Position numbers and translations under genes: made by a program. The notes below the pieces were generated by a model that worked only from the letters and a program-made list of their open reading frames with translations, was not told the DNA's origin and did no database searches. From Antedon mediterranea (Eukaryota > Animalia > Echinodermata): a DNA stretch of 64,000 nt. Below, piece by piece: positions 1-13,926 of this stretch; the stretch's first letter is position 1, and the number at the start of each line of letters is the position of its first letter. The DNA is taken from positions 4,712,001 to 4,776,000 of the forward strand of contig NC_092680.1 in the NCBI RefSeq assembly GCF_964355755.1, written 5' to 3'.

Positions 1-3000
1 ACGGGTTTATTAAGCTAGTCCTATAGTTGCGATGTTTATCGTGATTTTTTTCCCCTGATGAGTAGTAGTTGAGTGAATTGAACGGTGGGTTGGATGAGTA
101 ATAGGAAGGAGGCACTCCTGTTATTAAATCCAACAATTCTGTGCTGTCACCGTCGATGTTTTAAGTAAATCATAAAGTGTTGGTTAAACGAAGTAAAATG
201 CAAGGTGAACATAATTTAGCAATGAAAACTATTACTGTAAAATGACAACTTTATTAAGTTTAATTTATATAATTTATCCGTAACCTCGAGACCTCGCGAG
301 TGTCTGTCCAGTATCAAATCTGTCTATTCTTCGAACCAACGTAAATCAAAATATTATCTAGGATTCTCTCTGTGTTAAAGTGGGAATACATATATACAAA
401 AAAAAAACCTGTGAAAAGGCGCACTGATGTTGGTTCGATAATAGACAGACAAAAACCTCTGTATCATAACAGGTCAACGTTTACATCACATTAGTAGACC
501 AGAAGAAATTGAAAAAAAAATCCTCCTACTGCTAATACAGGTAGGGTACAACTCTCCCCTGCTTTGCTTACTAATATCACTTTGTTTAAATTTTTGCACG
601 GTACCGTATTGTCTAAGTACGTTATAATAATAATAATAATAATAATATTTATCGGTTACTATCCTTTAAAAAACGGAGGAACACTCGCGGAACAAGAGGT
701 TCGACCTATACAAAATGTTTAAAGAAATAGTAGTTACAATATATACACAGATACAAAAAGTTAATAACGGTTCACAATTACAAACGTCAAACGCAAATTC
801 TACGGACTTAATACAGTAACAAAAAAAATATCTAAAAATAAAAACGTTGCTATCCAATGCATATTTCTTTAACAAAGCTATGAATAGAATTATTTGGATA
901 TAGTAATACGTAGGGGAGAGGGCATGACATAAAGTACCCGATTTATTTCACGATTTGGTAATAAACAGAACAGTTATTCAAGTGCCAAGTGTTCAATTAC
1001 CCTGTATATATTGGCCCTGAAATATTAAACATCTTCCAAAATCAAAACATAGTAATTAGGTATCATGTTTTCCTGTTCCATAGACAAAATAGTAAGTTGC
1101 TGCTAAAGCGGAAATTAGGAGGCTCTAGCCATTATTTTTGTTTTTATTGCTTTGACTGTTTTGCCTTGTCATAATAAATGTTTTCGTTCAGATGTTATAA
1201 TGCCATTGACAAACTTTGGAGGGTACCCATGAGTAGTAAACTATGTATGATTATAGCATGAAAATATATAGGCATAATGTGTAAAAAAATATTCTAAGTT
1301 TCAAAATAAATACTTTATGCCTGGTTATAGATTGTTTTATTGCTCTTGTAGCATTTCTTAATTTTAACTGTAATACTTATATATAGCATTACGTGTTATA
1401 AGTATTGATTTCCAGAATAATCTATATATTCGTTTCCAGGAAAATCGATATAGTGGTTACATCACAACATCTTATTACCATCTCGAGTTATCTGTATCTT
1501 CAATGTGGACTGAAATGTTAAATAGCACGCCCTCTATCCGCATTTTGCCAAAGATTTTAGGAAGGAACTTCTAGTATTTAGTTCGGTCAGAGTTTCTAAG
1601 CTTAAAATTAGGCTTGTATTTAACTAAAATGTACGTTAATTGACATAAATAGAAGTTACTTCGTGATACACTCTGATTCATTATTGTAGAAAACAAGGAG
1701 ATGGAAATTAGTGAGAATAAACCAACGTAACCTTGTTTTAAAAGATTCTTATTTTAGTTTTGTTGGAGATTCAGTTCGGTAGGTCTGCTGTCAAAATACG
1801 TAACGTGAGACATTGGACTGGCAAGCAATCATAAATTGTAGGTTTACCGGTAGTCGGATACAAAAATGATGTCTGTACTTCATTTTGTAATCCTTAGAAA
1901 TGAAAAAATAAAGTTTGTTCTTCCTGTTTGTTTCCAACCGCTTTGAATAAGTCAATGTATGATGGATAACTAAATGGAGCGTACAGTATACGAAGAATCG
2001 AAGAATTAGAGGTTATTACTGCATTCGTGAAGGCGGTCATTGCTCTCTCTGCCCCCCTCCCCCCACCCCTTGATGAAAGAAAGAATCTTACATGGTATAG
2101 CATAATCGCCTTAAAAATGTGAATATTCCTTTATGCTGTTCTGAACACCTTTTCACCAACTTTCTGTGCCTTCCTGTTTCAAATAGCACGTTGCGTTCCC
2201 TTTCATGTTTGTAGTATTTTTCTTCAAACAAATACTGAGAATTTACCCATATCAGTAACATTATGAAGATGCTTATAATAAAGATTGAAAGGGGTGAGTG
2301 GGGGGAGGGGGGTTCTTTTCAATATTCCAAAATTATCTTTAAATACAAGTATAACCTTCGCGTGCTAAACCGTTTGGTGCCATCGAAACATTAATTGTCT
2401 CCGTCCTGGTGCATGGATGTAAAATTGTACAATTCCAGATCTTATCAGGGAGATCCTTTCCGCATAAACTTAGAGAATGTTTGGTTTTTAGCCAATATTT
2501 AATATCATGTAAAACTAAACAGGAATATGGTTATACCAGACAAAAATCTTATGTCGTGCTTCATTATTAGTTTATTTTCTCTATAGTTAATTAAAACATG
2601 TTTGGCAATTTTGCCTAAAATATTTGGTCAATTTCCAGCTAAAAGTGAATGTAAACAGACTGCTGTTCCAAAAGTGTAACTGTTTTAATGACACCAGACG
2701 CCATGGCAACATTTTCTTCAATGTGTGACATTACATTAAATTTTGTTTTTCGTTTCTTTAAATGGAATAGATGCGATTATATTTTTATTTGAGTATACTT
2801 GTTATTGATAATGCCTCTTGGTCAAGGAGACACGGATGTATGAACCTAGACAATCTGATGTATCTTAGATTACCCATTGTGGTATACCGGTATTTGGAAA
2901 AACCCCGTTTAAGGGAATATTTAAACTAACTGTTTAAACTTTGATTATTCTAACGTAGTAGAGGCGCCTGTTTTGGGGTTAAATTTGTTTGAAAAATAAC

Positions 3001-3277
3001 ACCGTCTTACCTACTGTAGCTTTACTTACATTATGATATTATTAAATACAGTAGAGCTAGCCAACTTTCGCTATTTAATTTATTAATAATGTGTCCTGTA
3101 TCATAGAAATATTATAGAGTACATTGCACTATGTGACACCTGTATCAAGCCATAAGCCTTATCTAGCCATTATCTTAACATAATACAGGCTTCACATGTT
3201 ACACTTACTGTGACACTGTATTACATAATTTGCCGAATATACAGTAAAGAGATCGGAAGTAAGTGTGTGTAGTGTAA

Positions 3278-3400
3278 AGCTCTGTCTACATTATCTAACT
3301 TTATGTGACAACAAATGTGATGTGCCCATATATGGACACAATGACGTCATAATTACATTTTTTTTTAGTCACACTATAATTTGATAGTGTAGAAAGAGTT
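3278..3400. mobile_element. Harbinger-type MITE family A copy (TIR AGCTCTGTCTACACTATCAAACT)
   Basis: TIR-bounded (degenerate right TIR) and homologous to about 15 copies in the window. Confidence 0.75.
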
Positions 3401-6400
3401 CTCATCTTCATTAAACAACATGACGTTGAAGAAATGGATAACGTTGAATATGAATACACAACATGTGTACTCTTAATATACATTTTAGTTTCCTGAATGG
3501 AGGATTTAAAACAATATTCATCTTGTTCGAGTGAGTTTCTCCGAATAGAGCTGACGTAATTAAAGGTTTTTTAAAGGAATTGATGGAACATGGATCACTG
3601 TAGTTGAATACGTATAAGAATTTCGTGTATTATTCATATACTGTCCATAAGCAAAAAAATTAACTGAAGTTTTAGCTGATCTTTCAGGCATCAATTTAAT
3701 TAACACAAAACATCATCTTAACGGAGGAGATTAGCTTAGTCCTTGCTTTTACCGGTACTATTTTTAGAGACATTGATCTTATTGGAAGTTATTAATTTAA
3801 TAGTGTAGACTTAGCGGTCTCAATTAGAAGCACAAGGACTCTCAGGTTCACAAATAACTAAAAATTATAAATATTTGCTTTGTGTTCCGTAACTTTTACT
3901 CTTGGATAATATAATAATGTTTGCTAAAATACTGTTACTTTAGTTTAATTAATTCTTTTTGTTTCACTTTCATAATAAATCAATTTACAATGTAATTAAC
4001 ACACGAAATACACTGTAATTTTCTTCTTTGGTTTAGTGTGATGCCGACTTTTAGTTTCAATCTCATTTTCTTAATTAGACTAGATTTGTTTGGTTTCATG
4101 CTGCATACTGAACGTTGTTTCATTTCAGGTGTAGAAGCCACAATTTCTGTCGAATAATCTATTGTTTGCTTCTTGTTTTTATTTATTTATTTTATTTATT
4201 TATTTCATTTTATTTATTTATTCTTTATTTCAAGCCAACAGTGTAAAACACCAATAACAGGTTGAAAATAAAATAACTAAACTATAAAATATAAGCCAAT
4301 ATAAGTATATACCAAAATGTAAAATTATAAGTAATTTATAGTTATTCAATTCGAATACAAATTATATACATGATAAACCCGTAATTTAAAAAGAAAATAG
4401 TCACACGGAAGGCCATTTTAACGGTTTATTTGTCGTTTTTTAAAGTAAAGTGAGTTTTTATCCAAAACTGAAAAGTTTTAATGACCTATTCAAAGTTTGA
4501 AAGTCCAAATTAGGAAGGGGTTGAAGGGGAGAGGGTTAATATATCTTTAATGTTGTTTCACAGTGGAAAGGAGCTGTTTAACAAATTGGCAAAACTAGAT
4601 TTCAATGAAGTTAAGATATGTTAGTGCAGTTTTATTAAACTATATTATTTTTGTCGACTAAATTAAACTTAATTATAGACCTAGACTGAATAAGTGAACA
4701 TCTGCTGGTACAGGATCATAGCTGAATAAATTATAAATGCAATTCATTATATCTTTATTTCCTAAATATTACCCTCCTCCAGGGTAATTAACTGCATTAC
4801 GGACGTGTGTTAATATTGATAGTTTAATAGTTAGTTTAATATTGCTATTCGGTCCCACGACGAGTTGACTGTGGTCGAGTCGACCGACTTCCAATAGACT
4901 GACAAGTAAATATTGTATCCCTCCCGACGTCCACTTATAGATCTTGAAGTTCAACTCTGACCTTAAGCCTGGGGTGCGCGCATACACTGTCTTGAAGTTC
5001 AACAACTTAACCCACTGACTTTAGACCTGGGACGCGGGCACACTGATCTGGTTAGTTCTGATTCTAAATCAATTTTATATCAGTTATGATAAAGTATCCC
5101 CAATGGTTTAAATATCAGTCTGACATCAGTACGATTAGTATATTTAAACCCACGCCTGCGTGGTTGTTGATTAGAAACTTAAGATATATAACTGTATAGA
5201 GAATAACCTTCTGGATCTGCTTTCTCCATGCTGTACAACCATCAAACATGGTTTCCTACTGTTAGTATTAGTCAGCGTCGTAAAATCAGACAAGATTTCA
5301 AGACATACGTACCATTCACAAGTCTGTTAACCTATGTCCACTCTGTCGCGCTTTTTTTTTTAAACGAACTCTTTTTTTGCCTATTCATTCATTCAGTATT
5401 TTTATTTAGATTTGTTAATTGTTTGCTTGCACTTTTGCTGTTTTCCATTTTATAAATCTACGGTAAAGTTAATGTTTTCTATTTTTTATTTACTTTTTGT
5501 TTTGTTATTATTTTATTATTTCATTTATCTGTCGCTTATTTACAATAATGACATGGATTTAAGGAGGTTCATTCATTGTTTTTAATAATTTAGTTGTAAA
5601 AAAAGTTAGTTAAACCTTTTTGAATCAATTGATTTAGTTTTGTAAAAGCTCGAAATTTTGGCATAGGCCCCAAATACGGCATTATCTATGTTCCATTATT
5701 TGTCCTAGATTACAACCTACATAATATAATCTATTATTCAGTAAAATACAAAACAATTTAAAGGTTTGATTGCATAAATACAACCAATTTTTTAGATAAA
5801 ATACTGAAAATAGACACAAATTTTAAAAATAAATCAGTATAAATTGATTGACAAATTGAGTAGCTAGTTTGATCTGTACACCCGACACTTTGCGATCTTT
5901 TTATTTTTAATGGTTGGTTGCTTCCTTCCAGTTTTTCTATGTATCTAATGCGTCCTTTCACTAAAAAGATATTATAAAATAAGCTTAACATGGGACGACG
6001 GGGTATTCTAAATTATGATTAGTATTTTATTAGTTTTAAAGCTTTATAAGATCCATTCTGAAAACCTAGAATTCGTATAATATAAGGTTGCGTTGTTTCA
6101 GTTAGAAAACGTATCCTAGGAGGAGGAATCAACAGATAATGTCTTTAAAATATAAAATCATTGCATCAATTAAAAATGCAGTATTTTAGGCCTAAAAAGC
6201 AGTAACCTTTCGGTTTCTTTGGCCGATTTTTAAATAGATTGAAACCTATAGCAATAACCCATTCGGGGTACGCATTGACATAATACAGACGAAGACTTTT
6301 TTATTATTATTTATATGTATATAGGCCTACTAATCTGAATTATCTCATTTTCAGGAGGTAATTCTCTGTTGTAATGTAATAATTGATATATGATGTATGA

Positions 6401-6747
6401 TTACCTTTATAAAACTTACATTCATAATTTAAAAGTTTGAAGGCGCCAGTAAAGTTACCGACAGAAACTTTCAATTTCATTAGAACATTTCGTATTAGGT
6501 ATTTTGAGATCGTAATCGGACAGTTTTAATATTTCAGTTAAGATCTTAAAGTGAAAATGACATTATCGTTCTAGGCCTTTTGTGGGACGTTTGTATCTAT
6601 GAAGAAATATTTTATATGTCTGAACATATAGTCATCAGAACGAACAAATGCTCAGAGAGAATACCAATTGATATAATGTTACATTCATTATCAAATTGAA
6701 ATTCATCTTATAGTCTTTCCTGTTTTCTTATAAACAAACATCATTTA

Positions 6748-6881
6748 AGCTCTGTCTTCACTATCAAACTAGTTTGACAAAAAAAAGTGTGATGTGCCCA
6801 AATATGGTAGTGATATGACATCATCGTGTCCATGGAACATCACATTTTTGTTACATAAAGTTTGATAGTGTAGACAGAGCT
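6748..6881. mobile_element. MITE family A copy
   Basis: Both TIRs present, internal gcccaaatatggtagtgatat unit. Confidence 0.85.
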
Positions 6882-8113
6882 ACAAAGCTTCTTTTTTTTA
6901 TCTATCTGAATAATCGATGAATGAAGTAAAAATAAGAAAATTAAAAGCAACATGTTGTAATAATAACACGCGACATCATTGTTGTATAAATATTATATGT
7001 CTACGATAATTATGATCTTTTGTTTGAAGATTTGTGACTATTTACAAACTGTTTAAAACACCTTGACATTTTCAGTAGAATAACACAGCGTAACCTTTTC
7101 AATAATTGAAATAATTATTATTTCTAACTAAATATATAGGAAAACTAGTACTTTCGGTCATTGTTACTTAACATATTGACCTACAATTTGGCTTTACAAA
7201 TCATCATGTCCTTTAAAATGACAAACAGCTGATGTGATTTCATGAAAATGTTCGAAATGTAGGCTAAAAATATCAGAATGCGGAATTTCATATTAGCCGT
7301 TGTCAATTTGCATTAATATATTTCGACGTTAGACTTCGTTTGTAATTATAACTAGGCGGATGGAGTAACTATTAGGGCTAATGAATGTACTGCCCAAAAG
7401 TGATGGCTGGCGTAGTTACCAAAATTGGGATTCAATTGTATTTTATCGGAAACAAACTAATGGTATTTCTTGTACCGTAGTCAAACTGTATGGAGAAAGA
7501 AACAAATGAGAATTGAAACCAAACGTTAACATCATGCTACTTTTAGAAATCTTACGGATATACAGACAACACTTGTTGGTTTTTACGTCTATGACGTGTA
7601 GACCTACGACCTACGTACGAGAACTTGCATTGATATAATCAAGTTCAGGCGCGCGCGTACAACAATCAACGCGCGCGTACAATTGCAGTACCATTGTCAT
7701 ACTCATTATTTGAACGCCACATGTACGTACGTGTGTGCTGTGATCATCTTGCCGGAATTTACCACCTTGTACGACAAATCAAAATAAATGACTACAACGG
7801 TGTATGTTGACAGTATTACCGTTAATAGATATTTTTAAATATGTAGCAATAGACATATTTTGGCGTTGTCTGTTAGCACATTCAATTAACGGAAAATCGA
7901 AAGGTTGACAAATACGGTCAGACATGACATGTAGCATTATTTACCCCAGTAATGACTTTCCGAGGTGTTTTTACTGTTAATGTAAAGGAAATAACGTTTT
8001 TCTAGACGATTACTCACCGAGGTCAATTTGGTATCTTCGGTAGTAAATCGTCGACAGATTATTATAGTCTTTTCAGTTTTCAAGAGTTGGAAAACAAACC
8101 AAATTATACTATA

Positions 8114-8642
8114 AAGCTAGGTCTATACACTATCAAACATTATGTAACAAAAAAATGTGATGTGCTTATCCATATGGACATGGTGATGTCATATCACTAC
8201 CATATTTGGGCATATCACTACATGTATTTTGTATTTATTTATAGTCATCACATTTTTAGTGTATAATATTTTGAAGCCTATTTCTCTATGCCATTTTTGT
8301 TATTGTGTACTCGTTTTTGTAATGTTACCGTTCTTTGTTTTTGTCGCTCAAGTTTATGTTAGGACCCACCCCATTAGAAATAAGTTGGGGTTTTTTCGAC
8401 TTTATGGGCTATCCTAGGTTTCTTGTGTACTGTGCAATACTTTGCATGTTTCTATTTGTTTGTTTTTTATCTTTGTCTTGTAATTGTATGTTGAAACCTG
8501 AATAAAATCAAATCAAATCACTACCATATTTAAGCACATCACAATTATCAAGTATTATTCTTCAGTGTCACCTATTGTTCTTTTATTGTAAAGCCCTGTC
8601 TACACCTTTTTGTCAAACTAGTTTGATAGTGTAGACAGAGCT
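8114..8642. mobile_element. MITE family A copy interrupted by a LINE-like 3' fragment
   Basis: 5' part 8114-8222. Insert ~8223-8517 ends AATAAA(AATCA)n. The MITE resumes at cactaccatatt (~8519) and its right TIR ends at 8642. Confidence 0.75.
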
Positions 8643-9928
8643 TAACGATTAGCAAGTATTTACAGTATTTTAATGAGCCAATGTTGTTAATTCAATTCAT
8701 CACAGCACAACTATTTTGATACTGTCTGTAGACTGACCATGTACTATTGGACATTTTATTTTTTGGTTTAACATTGTCTTATTAACAAAGTAGCCTATGT
8801 GTTTAATACTAAATTCACTTTCTGAATGTTTTGTATGGTAGGCCTTACAAACAACTGAACTCGACTATTGATTGTTTTAATAGACTAAGAAATAAACTTT
8901 TACTTTGACATGGTAACGTGTTGCATTCCTATGCCGCATTCACACTTAGTCCGTTCCACAAGTATGTGTGTGAATAAATGTGCTTTAAAAAATTACAGTT
9001 ACTCATCGTCGTTTATTCTTTACCGGTTGTAAGGATATCATGATACTTTAACACATTAACACAAAGAAAGAGGGGTTTTTCTATATTTTATAGTCGTACA
9101 AGAACTTCTCTTTTCGATAAAGTCCAATGTATGGCTTAGTTAGTTAGATCCGTGTCAATAAATAACATAACTACAGTATCGATAAAAGAAATTCGGTTAT
9201 CTTTATAACTAGAAAGTATACAATTCAAGCAAATACTAACGATTATAGGCCAAAATATGAAACTGACGTGTATCTATAGGTTGACTCATATATATATAGG
9301 TCTCTATTCGGTTTTAGATGTGATTTTTCTAAACAGAAAAAAGGTTCAATACTTTGTTGTATTTATCTTACGTCACAGACCCGTACTTGTAGGCCCAGGT
9401 ATCAAAGGTCACTAAATCCCCTCGTAAGTAGTATAGTAACCTATGGGAGTATTGCAAGGGACTGCCTCCCATGGGGAATCTTATAGCTTACATACTAATC
9501 ACTTGGGACGAACTGGACTTATGAGATCGACCTATTGTAGTACCACTTTAGGAGTTTAATCTTGTGTTGTAATATTTGCTGAGACACAAAGCGTATTTCG
9601 TTTTATTCGTAGGCCTAAGTATACGGTACAAGTTTAATTCATAAATATATCCGCTCGTGATTAATAGGCCTTAAAAAGTTTTATATTAATGTTTGTTAAC
9701 TATATAAAATATTGATAGACCTACTTCTTCCCTAGACATTTATTTCATGATGTTCAAGAGGTCAAACATTTTAATAATACTAAAATTAGAAGCCATCAAT
9801 TATAATTAAATTGTTATACACATAGATAGTAATTGAGAAAGTTCTATCAAAAGAATTTTTATGGAAGACATTCATTGTATTAACTTTTTTCTGATGGGGA
9901 TAAACCTCAGCTGGTACTAATACCTTAA

Positions 9929-10154
9929 AGCGTGGTTCCCACTAGCGACGCAACGTAACGCAACGCAACGACGTTTTGACGCAAAGTGCTGTATTACGAA
10001 TCACAAGTGGGAATCGACGACGAAACAACAATGCTAGCTGCAAATATCGCAGATTTGATTTCATACAGAGGCAGGGGTAAACACAATTATCGGAAGGGCA
10101 TTTTCTTACGTTGTGTAGGTTGCGTTACGTTTCATCGCTAGTGGGAACCACCCT
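9929..10154. mobile_element. Harbinger-type MITE family C (TIR AGCGTGGTTCCCACTAGCGA)
   Basis: TIRs with TAA TSD; homologous to 30825-31036. Confidence 0.85.
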
Positions 10155-10776
10155 TAATATGCCTATGACTTGTCCAGCTCTGGGATTCATATTGTTAATA
10201 GAATTGCTTAACCTTTTTATTTGAAATTCTATCTAATCCTTTCATGAAAGATGAGCTTAATTTCTTAAAGCTTGAAGTATATAACTTCTTGGTCTTCATA
10301 TTACATGATAAATTGAATTTGTAGACATCATGAGCTATTGATCCTTATTGGCTTTATTCCAGTATAGTGCACGACTGTACGCCCTTTAGATTGCGTATAA
10401 TTAATACAAGCCGACTGCAAAAGATATTGGCGTTTTTCCATAACATGAAACAATATACTGGGTAATTATAATTAATGTGTTATTCCTGATATTGAATAGT
10501 TCTTCCATGATTAAATTACATTCCGGCTACTTATACCTTTAGTTTTTATATTATTATAATCCATGTTAGCGTTTAATTTTGTTGGCATATTTTGACTATT
10601 GTCCGTGCAACGAAACAATACGTATATTGTAAATAATAGTGATTGGAGAGATACATACATACATTATATGTATAGGCCTCTACATTACAACTTAAGCATC
10701 ATTAAAAGCAATTGTTTATTGGCATCAAACGACCACGTTTTGCCTTGGGATGAAATGATATATTGCTAATATATAG

Positions 10777-11096
10777 TGTTTGATTGGATATGTTGTTTGA
10801 TTATAATTATTTAAATATTATGATAATGTCGTGTTTGATTGGATAGGTGGTTTAATTATAATTATTCAAATATTATAATAATGTCGTATTTGATTGAACA
10901 CGGTAGGTGTTTTAATTATAATTATTTAAATATTATAATAATGTCGTGTTTGATTGGATAGGTGGTTTAATTATAATTATTCAAATATTATAACAATGTC
11001 GTATTTGATTGAACACGGTAGGTGTTTTAATTATAATTATTTAAATATTATAATAATGTCGTGTTTGATTAGATAGGTGTTTTAATTATAATTATG
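10777..11096. repeat. Minisatellite, alternating 55/60-bp units
   Basis: Unit starts at 10777, 10831, 10886, 10946, 11001 and 11061. Confidence 0.9.
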
Positions 11097-13767
11097 TAAA
11101 TTTGATTCATAAGTCTGCTATTGTATTGTGTAACGTGTAATATTTCAATTTCAATATGTGAATTGCAAAAAAAAGTCTTAAATGACTCTTAATCACTCTT
11201 ATAGTAAGTATAATGTAAGTAGACGATATCGCAGTATATTCGCCGCCTCGTCACAAATATTTACATCATTTCATAAATTTAATTTTTAAATATCGTCTGA
11301 GCAATCGATATTTAAATACGATCCTCTATGAATAAATTATTATACAGTACCAGGTCATATCAGCCAATGCCTATTATTCCTCAATCTCAATGCGTCACGT
11401 CTATTTCCACTTTTCAATTGTGTTTTTAATTGTAAGACGGCAATGTAATTAGGTCTATATTGATTCAATCTGAAATTTCATGATTCGTTTCCTATCGAAA
11501 AAACGAAAATGTTAACAACATTCAATTCACATACTTATGGTAATGTGACTTTAGTCATACAGTCTGTTTCGTGACATTAGTTTCGTGACATTAAGTTTCA
11601 CAGAGACCATAATAATTCTACCCCTTTAAAAGACCTACCGTTGTAGAGCTTAAGACATCTAAGTAAAATATCCAAAGACACGATGAAGTCATACAAATCG
11701 GGGTTTTCTTTTCTATAGAAGAATCCTGGGAACACTCCTATACAGGAGACATCCTTTTTAAATGTGTACGCTATGTTCCAGATGGAGTTTTGACTTAACA
11801 TTAGTAAAAAGATCAATCGTTTTTTGCATATATGGCGTTTCATACGTATACTACTTGAGCTTGTATTTTCCAGACAAAAATTGAAGCGCCGACTGGTGGA
11901 CTAACATAAAAAAGACAATAAATACAGACTTGGAGCAAGTCTACCCTATGTGAAACGAACGAACGAAAATGTTTTATATTTTAATACCACGGCCAATCCG
12001 TATGGATCTCTCATGGACCTAACGTCATGTATGTGTTGTTTTGTCGTTACTGGCCATCCATACTTTCAATGCTGTATCAAAAAATCAGATAACAATGCAA
12101 TATGTACGGTTGTGTTTGATTAAGCCTTTTAATGTTCTATTTCCTATATATCCTGGATATAGAATGGAAATTCAATATCATATCCAATAAAGTCGTTAAT
12201 GTCAAGGAATTTAATTTCGACTGATCGTTGCCCTGGGAGCGTCTAATCATGACTTATATTAAGACGGTTATTTATTATTCATCATTTTCTGCATATAGTG
12301 GTGATTTCATGGTTCCACTGACTTAATACGCTTTTGTTCTTTCTTTTTTGTAAGATTGAAGATATTAATATGGAAATTGTTTCTAGATATACATATGCTT
12401 AGAGACTTAAACTAGGTTATAGGTATTATTCACCGTGCCTATAAGTACCTGGTTTCATGGGCTAAATCATTATTCTCCATCCGCATTACACCTCCATAAG
12501 GAGTATATAATGTGTTTTGCATTGAGCTGGTTAACCATGTCTGCTCAGACTTACTGCCTAACTTCACATACAGTAACAATACAAAGTACAATCTAAAATG
12601 CCAGACCACACAGGATTAACAATAAGACTTATGTCCAGTTCAAAAATAGGTCATTTCGAATTGAAAATACTTATCGTGACCCTACCAGTGTTGACCGTGC
12701 ATCAAGTTAATCATCTGACCCCCATGTATAACTAACCCTCCTTATATAGGCTGTATATACCAAGTTCCATACTTTCACTAACCTTATCTTCTTTCACAAT
12801 AATTTCATAACTTACAATATCTCTCATTCATCTACCTTTAGCGTAGACTATACCGGTACTCCCTTACATTTTATGTTAACTTCTAACTTCTTCTTTTACC
12901 TCCTTACGTTGACTTTCCCTCTTATCCTCCCTTATCAATAGCATTATCAACATCTAAGTATTGCTTTCACTCATTTTCATCTAAAAGAATGAATTTAACT
13001 CAATACATCTATCTTCGTTTCATAATTTGTAACACACATAATGTGATTATGTACATTGTATTTTATACTTTTCCAAATGTACATTATTACGATGACATAA
13101 AAAGAAATTTTTTTTTTAACAATTCCAGATGAACTTTCAGCATCTTTGCTGTGTGTTTTAGATATCTTCACTTCATTTATTGACATTTTTATTCCAAGAT
13201 CAAAATAAGAACATACAAATAAAAATACGAATGCTATTTGAATGGGATATATAAATAGAAATCCAAAGCCAAATTACTGGAAAAAGTTGGAATTATTAGT
13301 TGCTGGATCACATTGAGATACAAATAAAATAAGCAAGGTAAACCAGAACGGTAAAGTAAAAACAGCTAGAAAGAGAAAGTGCCAATCTTTAGGAAAACAC
13401 TATTCCTTCGTCAGGGCTAAAGATATATCAATATAGATAAAATATCAAAGGAAAATCCTATGAACAATTTAACTGTTAATTCCTTCACTTGTCGGTATTG
13501 TATTTATTCACCCTAGAGTAACATTTACTTTACTAAGATAGATCCTTGAATAATTAGGTTATCCTTGCATGTTAATCTGATTAATACCTATGCGACAAAC
13601 AACTTGTAGATGATTGAACCGATTACAAAATTTGGATCTCAAACGTGAGTGTTTGTATATTACTATCTGAAAATGTAGACATTCCAAAGTGGCCCTAACA
13701 GAAAGGGGAAATATCAAAATCAAGATTAGCTGATAACAGTTACAGGTACAGAATAGTAAAAGTATTT

Positions 13768-13926
13768 AGCCGATTTTCCACTAGGCGAATTTGTTCGCGC
13801 GAATCGAAGGCGTCAGCTAATACGCATGCGTAGAGAAGGATGTGGAAGATGTAAACATGAATACACATGCGTACAAGCTGGCGCTTTCGATTCGCGCGAA
13901 CAAATTCGCCTAGTGGAAAATCGGCT
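13768..13926. mobile_element. Harbinger-type MITE with ~41-bp perfect TIRs (AGCCGATTTTCCACTAGGCGAATTTGTTCGCGCGAATCGAA)
   Basis: Perfect long inverted repeat with TTA-like flanks and intact CpGs. Confidence 0.85.

Noticed and set aside
319-449. Inverted repeat tctgtctatt..cgaaccaac
   Set aside because: Probably an old MITE remnant; no TSD or second copy in the window to support a call.
10777-11096. Repeat arrays (also 46940-47300) as CRISPR
   Set aside because: The units are contiguous with no unique spacers, there are no cas genes, and the context is eukaryotic.
11885-11900. CTCF-like motif AGCGCCGACTGGTGG
   Set aside because: Two core mismatches and a single instance; not supportable from sequence alone.
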